From contig CAXXLX010000001.1 in NCBI GenBank assembly GCA_963665235.2, positions 4,096,001 through 4,160,000 of the forward strand: a stretch of 64,000 bases of DNA, read 5' to 3'. Position 1 is the stretch's first letter; each line of letters opens with the position of its first letter. The translations under genes were made by a program, and so were the position numbers. Origin of the DNA: Candidatus Poribacteria bacterium (GTDB lineage: Bacteria; Poribacteria; WGA-4E; WGA-3G). Under the pieces are notes generated by a model. The model saw nothing but the letters and a program-made list of their open reading frames with translations, was not told the origin of the DNA and ran no database searches. This document shows positions 1-8,085 of this stretch, piece after piece.

Positions 1-512
1 TGTTCACCGGTGGCACTGTCCCATAATCGAATAGTCCTATCCTCACCTGCACCTGCTAAGGATTTACCGTCTGGACTGAAAATAAGATTTCTATTCCGTT
101 TATTACTTCCAGGGAGTGTCGACTTAAGGTCGCCCGTGGCTACATCCCATAATTTAATTGCAGGGGGAGCCTCGGGGTCGTCGGGGTCGCCGGGGTAGTC
201 ATCAAAATCCGCACTGACAAGCACTTTGCTATCAGGACTGAAACCGACAAGCGCGACATAATTTGTATGTCCAGTCAGTAGATGCAGTTCTTCACAGGTT
301 TCGGTATCGTAGAGCCAGACCCCGAGTGTGCTGGCGATAGCAAGTCGAGTGCCATCGGGGGAATACGCAAAATCAAAGATATACCCTTTGCCGAAACGGG
401 CAATAGCCCCTTCAGGAAGGTAACGTCCATTAAAATTCTGGGCAAAACCGTAAGGTATCCACATCAGTGACGTAAGGATGAACGGTATGATGAATAGACA
501 GGTTGTTTTCAA
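1..512 (-). CDS. Secreted WD40-repeat protein, 5' part (runs off the window; absent from the ORF track)
   Basis: Manual translation from TTG at 512: MKTTCLFIIPFILTSLMWIPYGFAQNFNGRYLPEGAIARFGKGYIFDFAYSPDGTRLAIASTLGVWLYD... Signal peptide, the LPxGAxARxGKG leader shared with neighbouring genes, then WD repeats. Confidence 0.85.
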   Translation of the reverse strand, partial: MKTTCLFIIPFILTSLMWIPYGFAQNFNGRYLPEGAIARFGKGYIFDFAYSPDGTRLAIASTLGVWLYDTETCEELHLLTGHTNYVALVGFSPDSKVLVSADFDDYPGDPDDPEAPPAIKLWDVATGDLKSTLPGSNKRNRNLIFSPDGKSLAGAGEDRTIRLWDSATGE

Positions 513-674
513 TGTTAATTTTCCTTTGATTGGCGATTAGCAATTGGGTCATTGGCAATTAGCAGATGTTGTGATTCTAATACGCGGTCTGACGCGCGTC
601 AAGAGATATTACTCTTGCCCACGGTTTCCAATTAACACGGGAGCTTGACAATAAATGTCCGTTTGCACTAAACC

Positions 675-775
675 CTATAAATATATCGTCCTTGAAGAGC
701 GGGCTGCTTGCCCGAATACTGGGACTAAGAAAGCGGAGACATCTGCTTCTATAAATATATCGTCCCTACGGGACT
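675..775. repeat. Two copies of REP-like family A (CTATAAA.ATATCGTCCCTACGGGACT); the first carries a 29-nt cassette
   Basis: Same motif recurs near 5957, 8057, 19940 (reverse), 24320, 24373, 24525, 24577, 33384, 33434, 36236, 36286, 56472 and 56547; hairpin GTCCC-TAC-GGGAC or GCCCC-GCT-GGGGC. Confidence 0.85.
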
Positions 776-804
776 AAGAGAAATGAAACGGAGAACGGAA
801 GACC

Positions 805-1020
805 CAAACTGGAAGTTTATGATACAATAAAGCACACAAACTGGAAGTTTATGATACAATAAAGCACACAAACTGGAAGTTTATGATACAATAAAGCACA
901 CAAACTGGAAGTTTATGATACAATAAAGCACACAAACTGGAAGTTTATGATACTATAAAGCACACAAACTGGAAGTTTATGATACAATAAAGCACACAAA
1001 CTGGAAGTTTATGATACAAT
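805..1020. repeat. Tandem array of a 32-bp REP-like unit, about 7 copies
   Basis: CAAACTGGAAGTTTATGATACAATAAAGCACA starts at 805, 837, 869, 901, 933, 965 and 997; no unique spacers. Confidence 0.95.
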
Positions 1021-1084
1021 TTCAATTAGAAATGGTATAAGTTCAAGGCGTTGGCAATTCTGACCGTTCCAATACGCAGCACGT

Positions 1085-2310
1085 CTAAGGGTCAAGTTCC
1101 CAGAAAAGGATAGTGCCATCCCAACCCCCACTAACAAGCGTGCGACCATCAGGACTAAACGACACGCTAGAGATTACATCTGTATGTCCTTTGAATGTTC
1201 TGATAAGTTCTCCTGTGTTTGTGTCCCATAGCCGAATAGTCTTGTCCTTACCCCCGCTAACTATGGTATTGCCATCCGGACTAAACGATACGCTATAGAC
1301 CCCATCTGTATGTCCAGTAAATGTTCTGATAATTTTTCCTGTCCTAATGTCCCATAGCCGAATAGTTTTGTCCCCACCCGCACTAACGACGGTATTTCCA
1401 TCCGGGCTAAACGACACGGTTTCGACCCAACCCAGATGTCCTATAAGTGTTCTGATAAGTTGCCCAGTGCCTGCGTCCCATAGACGAATAGTCTCATCCA
1501 AACAGCCACTAACAACGGTGTTGCCATCCGGACTAAATGCCACGCTAACGACACGCTCCGTATGTCCTGTGAGTGTTCTGATAAGCTGTCCTGTGTCTGT
1601 GTCCCATAGACGAACAGTGCTGTCATAACTGCCACTAACGATGGTGTTTCCATCCGGACTAAAAGACACACTGTAGGGGCGTTCTGTATGTCCTTTGAGT
1701 GTTCTGATAAGTTCTCCTGTGTTTGTGTCCCATAGACAGATAGTCTTGTCCGCACTCCCACTAACTACGATATTCCCATCCGGACTAAACGACACGCTAC
1801 AGACAAACCATGTATGTCCCGTGAGTGTTCTAATAAGTTGCCTTGTGTTAATGCCCCATAGACGAATAGTATCGCCGTCACCCGCACTAACTAGGGTGTT
1901 GCCATCCGGACTAAACGACACACTACTGGCATCATCGATATGTCCTGTGAGTGTTCTGATAAGTTCTCCTGTTTTCGTATTCCACAGACGAATAGTATCG
2001 TCCCTACCCCCACTAGCTATGGTGTTGCCATCAGGACTAAATGACACGGTACGGACTAAATCGGTATGTCCCGTAAGTGTTCTGATAAGTTCTCCGGTGT
2101 TCGTATTCCCAAGGCGGATAGTCTCGTCATCACTTCCACTAACGATGGTATTGCCATCCGGACTAAACGACACACTATTGACCCCATCGATATCTCCTGT
2201 GAGTGTTCTGATAAGTTCTCCGGTGTTTGCGTCCCATAGCCGAATAGTCTCGTCCGCACTTCCACTAACGATGGTATTGCCATCCGGACTAAACGACGCA
2301 CTACGGAGAC
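1085..2310 (-). CDS. WD40-repeat C-terminal segment of the broken ECF-WD40 gene (highly similar 42-aa repeats)
   Basis: ORF 1085..2173 repeats SVSFSPDGNTIVSGSxDxTIRLWDTNTGELIRTLTGH; the WD reading frame continues to ~2310 with no proper start or signal peptide. Confidence 0.8.
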
Positions 2311-3403
2311 ATATGTCCTGTGAGTGTTCGAGTTCTCCTGTGTTCGTGTCCCATCGAATAGTATGTCCCGTGAGTGTTCTGGACTAAGTTCGGTATGTCC
2401 CGGTGTTCTAATAAGTTGCCCAGTGTTTGTGTCCCATAGACGAATTGTCTCCCACTAACCATCATCTAAATGACACACTAACGATGGTATTGCCATCCGG
2501 ACTAAATGACATCGCTAACGACCTATGGAATCCTGTAAATATCTCCGTAAATCCAAATCCCGATGAGTGTTCTGCCATAAGTTCTCCTTACAGTGTTTGT
2601 GTCCCATAGCATCTTGTGCTAACCTGTTTTCCATAGGTGCCTCTCCTCTCTGTCTTGTCCCAACTCCCACGGTTATGTAAATCAAGCAAGGACAATGCGA
2701 CCATCTGGACTGCGCAAAGACACGGCTAACGACCGTATCTCGCATGTCCTGTGAGCGTTCTGATAAGTTCTCCTGTTTGCTTCAGTGAGGCAACATTCCG
2801 CATGATGGTTTCTAATAGATTTGGCGTAACGAAATACCACCGAGGATTTCGCGAATTGTCATCCGCTCTTAGCCGTTCGCGCGCACGGCTCAGCCGACTT
2901 TTAACGGTGTTCACGGATACACCTAAGAACTTGCTAATCCGTTCGCAACTCGTTTCACCGAGATAGTGCAGTATCATTACTGTCCGTTCGCTCTCAGGCA
3001 GCTTTTCCAACAAGCTTTCAACGACTTGACGGCGACGCTCCGCAGCGGCCTCCTCTCGCTGTTCCGATACATAGTTGGCATAAGCGGTTTTCTCCAATAC
3101 CTCATCACTAACGGTTTCCATTGACTGCACCACACGTTTCTGCTTTCGCTGCCATGCAATGCAACGCCTACTCGCGATGACATATAACCACCCAGCGAAA
3201 CGCGCCGGCTCGCGTAAGGTCGGCAGTTTCTCATACACATGAAGAAAAGTGTCCTGTGTAATCTCTTCGGCAATATGAAAATCTTTGATTTTACCCCATA
3301 CAAGCGCGTGAACACTCTTTTGATATTTTTTAACTAAATCGCTGAAAGCAGACTCGTCACCTGATAATGTCCTCTGAATTAGTTCAATGTCCTCTCTTTC
3401 CAT
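1085..3403 (-). pseudogene. ECF sigma factor-WD40 fusion, disrupted or misassembled at ~2310-2870
   Basis: 2726..3403 is a clear paralog of the 13278 ECF N-terminus (GDESAFSDLVKKYQKSVHAL...VKSRLSRARERLR), then shifts frame. 2310-2760 holds scrambled linker (MENRLAQDA) and WD fragments. Confidence 0.75.
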
Positions 3404-3444
3404 CAGAAACCTCCCGTAATCAATTTTGATTTATCGTTATATAG

Positions 3445-3478
3445 TGACGCGATTCTGAGGAAGAAAGGTTGCAGGATT
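3445..3478 (-). promoter_or_regulatory. Putative ECF autoregulatory promoter TGCAACC-N17-CGTCA
   Basis: Minus strand AATCCTGCAACCTTTCTTCCTCAGAATCGCGTCA; same boxes and spacing as upstream of the 13278 gene. Confidence 0.7.
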
Positions 3479-3554
3479 CAATAAAAAATTTGAAAAAACA
3501 GCTTTTTTTTAATCAGAAATAGCCAATTTTTACCTATTTTCGCTCATGTATATA

Positions 3555-3708
3555 AACTCAAGTTGCTAGGGACAAGATTTTCGGCACACAAGAAACGGCT
3601 CCTGTTGAAAGCCATCGTGCCGCTCCGGAGTTTTGTAGCGCGAACTACTACTTTGCACCCTTATGCCACAAACTGGAAAGTTTGTGCTACTATGGGGCAA
3701 CTTGCGTT
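3555..3708. mobile_element. MITE-like element with CAAGTTGC/GCAACTTG ends, containing an inverted REP pair
   Basis: Left AACTCAAGTTGC, right GCAACTTGCGTT; internal GTAGCGCGAACT...CACAAACTGGAAAGTTTGTGCTAC; relatives at 15223-15366 and 50601-50738; an extra right end at ~3751-3766. Confidence 0.6.
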
Positions 3709-3923
3709 ATTATAGAGCAAATCCCATGGATATGAAAGTAATTTATTACTTGGCAACTTGGGTTATAATAAATACTCACGGATTTATGTCCCAAATCTAA
3801 CAGACGAACCCACTGTATAGGAAATAGTCTAGCCCTTTTGACAGATATTGTCAAGAAAAATAACCCAACTTTGCAGAGGCATTTAGTTTTTGGTTTTTTC
3901 AAGCGTTTTGCGGGGAAGATGGT

Positions 3924-3997
3924 GAGCGAAGCTCGCTCTTGAGGAGCGGGCTGCTTGCCCGAATACTAGAAGAGTCGCGAGCACAGCTCGCTCCTAC
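3924..3997. repeat. REP family B copies (minus strand GTAGGAGCGAGCTGTGCTCGCGA); the first carries the 29-nt cassette
   Basis: TCGCGAGCACAGCTCGCTCCTAC at ~3975-3997; reverse-orientation copy at ~41286. Confidence 0.75.
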
Positions 3998-4033
3998 AGA
4001 AGATTGACCCGCTTCCGATGTGACTACAAAAGA

Positions 4034-5926
4034 TTATCGATTAAGAACAGCCATTCCTGCATCCCATAAGAGTACAGTGCCGTCGCGACTACTACTGGCA
4101 AGCGTCTTGCCACGGGAGAATGCAACATCAGTGACATCCAGTGAATGTCCAACGAAGGTATGTATCCCTTTACCTGTTTGTGCGTCCCAAAGGTAAACAG
4201 CATCGCTGGTGCTACCGCTAACAATAACGTTTCCATCCGGCGAAAACGCGAGAGCGTTGACATCGCCGAAATGTCCGATTACCGGAAAACGCAATTCACC
4301 GGTTTCCAAATTCCAAACCCAGATACCGTTGTCCTCTCCACCACTAGCAAGCGTCTTGCCATCCGGAGAGAAGGCAATGTCATAAACATAGTCTGAGTGT
4401 CCAACAAAGGTTTTTAAATGGTCGCCTGTGCTGACATCCCATAACATAATAGTGTTGTCGGAGCTACCACTCGCGAGTGTGGTCCCATCTGGGGAAAATG
4501 CGATAGTCCTCACGGACCTAGTATGGCCAGTGAGGGTTTTTAGTAGGTCGCCGATAAGCAATTGTTCATCAGTGCGAACCTGCCATAACCGAATTTTACC
4601 CACTCTGTCCCCGCTGGCAAGTTTGCTGCCATCTGGAGAATAGACGATGGCGACAGCCGGAGAGAAACCATCTACGAAGCTGCCCATGAACCGCCCTGTT
4701 TGTGCATCCCATAAGCGGACCTTGCTGCCTCGGGTGCTCCGACTGGCAAGTGTTTTCCCATCCGGCGAATATGCAATTGGATCAAACAGTGTATTCGGGC
4801 CTGTGACGGTTTCGCGAATTTGATGTGTGTGTAAATCCCACAGGTGGAGTTTACGTCTACCACAGGCAAGTGTGTTGCCATCCGGCGAATATGCAATTGA
4901 AGAGACTCGATATGTATGTCCAGTGACGGTTTTCAAGAGTTTCCAATCGGCACTATTCCAAAACCGTATAGTGCCATCGTAACTTCCGCTGGCGAGTGTT
5001 TTCCCATCCGGTGAATATGCGACTGTTTTAACGAAACTTTGATGTTCTAACGTTTTAAGAAGGGCACCGGTGTTAATATCCCAAACCCGGAGCGTGCTGT
5101 CGTGACTTGTACTTGCAAGGGTCCGTCCATCGGGAGCAAAGACAACAGAATCTATGTAGCTCTCATGTCCCGTGAGGGTCTTCAAACGTTTTCCTGCGGC
5201 AACATCATAGATGTATACCGTGTCCTCGTCTCCGGCACATGCAAGGATTTTTCCATCCGGGGAGAATGCGATTGTTTGCACCCACGTATCTTCTTGTACA
5301 ATAGTCTTCAGTTGTTCACCGGTAGCTGCGTGCCACAACCTTAGTGTACTATCCCGCGCCCCACTGGCAATTATTTCACCATTCGGAGAGTATGCTACAC
5401 AATAGACCTGTCCATCATGCCCTAGGAGCGTTTTTAGGGATTCGCCGGTGTGGACGTTCCACACCTGAATTGTGTTGTCATAACTGCCACTCGCGAGGGT
5501 TTCACCTTTTGGATTAAGAGCGACTGAACTCACAGTCCCCGCATGCCCGATGAGTGTGGATTTATGTGCACCGGTATGGGCATCCCATAACATGACAGTG
5601 TAATCGCTGCTCCCTGTGGCAAATAGGGTGCCATCAGAGCTAAAGGATATGGCGTTTACACGGTCGGTATGCTCTGAGAGCAGGTCAATTTCATGTCCGG
5701 TGTGTGCATCATAAATCCAAACGCCGGCTGCGGTGGCGACGGCTAGCTTGCTGCCATCAGGAAAATACTTAATGTGATATATCCTGCCTTTCCCGAGTCG
5801 TGCTTTCGCGCCTGTCGGTAATCCCCAACGTGTGTATTCTTCGGAGAAGGCGTTTGGCACAACAAATGAATATATTATTGCAGAAAGTAGAAGGAACACA
5901 AGACGTAACAAGTTCGTTGTTTTCAT
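4034..5926 (-). CDS. Secreted WD40-repeat protein (subtype B)
   Basis: Start MKTTNLL at 5926 after AAGGAG; signal peptide ending AFS; WGLPTGAKARLGKG leader; about 14 WD repeats. Confidence 0.92.
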   Translation of the reverse strand: MKTTNLLRLVFLLLSAIIYSFVVPNAFSEEYTRWGLPTGAKARLGKGRIYHIKYFPDGSKLAVATAAGVWIYDAHTGHEIDLLSEHTDRVNAISFSSDGTLFATGSSDYTVMLWDAHTGAHKSTLIGHAGTVSSVALNPKGETLASGSYDNTIQVWNVHTGESLKTLLGHDGQVYCVAYSPNGEIIASGARDSTLRLWHAATGEQLKTIVQEDTWVQTIAFSPDGKILACAGDEDTVYIYDVAAGKRLKTLTGHESYIDSVVFAPDGRTLASTSHDSTLRVWDINTGALLKTLEHQSFVKTVAYSPDGKTLASGSYDGTIRFWNSADWKLLKTVTGHTYRVSSIAYSPDGNTLACGRRKLHLWDLHTHQIRETVTGPNTLFDPIAYSPDGKTLASRSTRGSKVRLWDAQTGRFMGSFVDGFSPAVAIVYSPDGSKLASGDRVGKIRLWQVRTDEQLLIGDLLKTLTGHTRSVRTIAFSPDGTTLASGSSDNTIMLWDVSTGDHLKTFVGHSDYVYDIAFSPDGKTLASGGEDNGIWVWNLETGELRFPVIGHFGDVNALAFSPDGNVIVSGSTSDAVYLWDAQTGKGIHTFVGHSLDVTDVAFSRGKTLASSSRDGTVLLWDAGMAVLNR

Positions 5927-6004
5927 GAAAATCAACTCCTTTGAGATAGACATCCTCTATAAACATATCGTCCATATTGGACTAAGAGGATTTTAAGGAT
6001 GCGT

Positions 6005-7888
6005 TTATGGGTTTATCTCCCAAAAAATCAACGTATCATCATACCCCATACTAACAAGCGTTTTGCTATCCGGTGCAAACACGATAGACTGAATAAATCC
6101 TATATGTCCTGTAAGCGTTTGCAAAAGTTCCCCGGTATCCACATTCCAAAGTTTAATTTCGCCTGAATGTGCACTCGCCACTGTACGTAGTGTGGGTGAA
6201 AACGCCATAGAAAGGATATTTTTCCCAGGCGTGATTGTTCTTAAACGTTCGCCTGTGGCAACATCCCAGACCCGGATTGTACCATCTCTGCTTGAACTGA
6301 CAAAAATATCACCCGATGGTGAAAATGCTATATCGTTGATAACTCCTTTATGCGCTACGATTGTTTTCACAGTTTCGCCTGTGGCAACATCCCAGACCCG
6401 AATTGTGCCAACTCTGCTTGCACTCACAAGGATATCCCCCGATGGTGAAAATGCTATATCGTAGACATTTTCTGCATGCCCAGCAAGCGTGCTTTTCAAC
6501 TTGCCTGTGTCAACACGCCACAGATGGATTAGATTATCAGGACCACAACTACCGAGTAGGCTTCCATCTGGACTGAATGCTACATCACCAATGCGTCCGG
6601 CGTTTGCATGCATGATAGTTTGATTGCGTCCTGTGTCCATATCAAGTAAAACCAAAGTCCCTTCATAATTTCCACATGCAAACGTCACATTATCCGGAGA
6701 GTAGTCAGCAACCGTTACGCGATTCAGTTCAACGTCAAGCGTTCTTATCACCGTCCCTGTCTGTGGATTCCTCAACTGAATCTCACCCGGACCTAATGGA
6801 CCGAATACACATGCAAGTGTCTGTCCATGCGAAGAGTACATCATAGCTCTTGGAAATATCATTGCATGTTCAGCGATGGTGTGCCGTAAACTGCCGGACG
6901 CACTATCCCAAATACATAAAGCATTATCAGGACTATAACTTGCCAGTGTGCTCCCATCTGGCGAAAAAACAAGGGACGTAACTCTCTCCGAATGGTCTTT
7001 GAAGTTTTTTACACGTTCACCGGTAGCGATATCCCATAATTGGAGACCGTCGACATTTTCAGTATGCCCCCCCGGAACAAATGTCTTTCCATCAGGACTG
7101 ACTGCTATTGCGTAAACGCCGGATGCATTCCCTGTCAACGTCAATTTGAGCTGTGCGGTGTTAACGTCCCACACACGAATTATGCCGGAACTATTCCCTG
7201 TGACTACCGTTTTACTGTCTGGAGACAATGCCATACAATAAATTTTTGCATCGCCAGCTGTGTCACTGAGTGGGTGAGGTTGGAGGGTTTTTATGAATTC
7301 CCCGGTATCTGCATCCCAAACATGAATTTTTTCATCGTATCCAGAACTCATAAGCATTTCTCCATCAGGAGAATATAGGACATTAGAGACACGTTCCGCA
7401 TGTCCAGCGATAGTGCGGTGTAGCTCTCCACTTTTTACATTCCAAAACCGAATAAACTCATCCCTGCCACCACTTGCAAGTATATCCCCATCAGGACTGA
7501 ATGCTACAGAATACACGCTCTGTCCTGTTAGCGTTGTTTTGAGCTCGCCGGTGTTGACATCCCACAATCGAATAGTGCCATCGTAACTGCCACTCGCGAG
7601 TGTGTTGCCATCAGGACTGAAATCCACTGAAGAAACGGGGCTTGTATGTCCTGTGAACAAATCAAGGGGTTGACCTGTGCGCGCATCATAGAGCCAGATG
7701 CCTATGGAACTCGCTACAGCAAGTCGTGTGCTGTCTGGAGAATATGCAAGGTGATGTACCTGCCCCTTTCCGATGCGGGTTCTGGCACCTTCGGGCAGGT
7801 AGTTTTTCATAAATTCTTGTGCAAAAGCGTTTGACAAACATAGCACAGAAGTAGCAAGAAACGCTAAAAACGAAAGTCTTGTTTTCAT
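6005..7888 (-). CDS. Secreted WD40-repeat protein (subtype A)
   Basis: Start MKTRLSF at 7888 after GAGG; signal peptide AFA-Q; YLPEGARTRIGKG leader; WD repeats. Confidence 0.92.
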   Translation of the reverse strand: MKTRLSFLAFLATSVLCLSNAFAQEFMKNYLPEGARTRIGKGQVHHLAYSPDSTRLAVASSIGIWLYDARTGQPLDLFTGHTSPVSSVDFSPDGNTLASGSYDGTIRLWDVNTGELKTTLTGQSVYSVAFSPDGDILASGGRDEFIRFWNVKSGELHRTIAGHAERVSNVLYSPDGEMLMSSGYDEKIHVWDADTGEFIKTLQPHPLSDTAGDAKIYCMALSPDSKTVVTGNSSGIIRVWDVNTAQLKLTLTGNASGVYAIAVSPDGKTFVPGGHTENVDGLQLWDIATGERVKNFKDHSERVTSLVFSPDGSTLASYSPDNALCIWDSASGSLRHTIAEHAMIFPRAMMYSSHGQTLACVFGPLGPGEIQLRNPQTGTVIRTLDVELNRVTVADYSPDNVTFACGNYEGTLVLLDMDTGRNQTIMHANAGRIGDVAFSPDGSLLGSCGPDNLIHLWRVDTGKLKSTLAGHAENVYDIAFSPSGDILVSASRVGTIRVWDVATGETVKTIVAHKGVINDIAFSPSGDIFVSSSRDGTIRVWDVATGERLRTITPGKNILSMAFSPTLRTVASAHSGEIKLWNVDTGELLQTLTGHIGFIQSIVFAPDSKTLVSMGYDDTLIFWEINP

Positions 7889-8085
7889 GAAAGAAACCTC
7901 AATTTTAGGGTGAAGTTTGCCGTCTAGACGCGGTGCGAAACTAAGAGCATCAATTTCGCCAGAGAAGAAAGTATACCATATTTTGTGAAAAAACAGAAGG
8001 ATTTTTTCAAAAAAGGAGCCCCCCTGCAAGGATGTGTAAAGTTTTGGTACACCATTCTATAAACATACCGCCCCGCTGGGGCTAT

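Noticed and set aside
805-1020. CRISPR array (also ~34319-34495)
   Set aside because: Head-to-tail tandem units with no spacers
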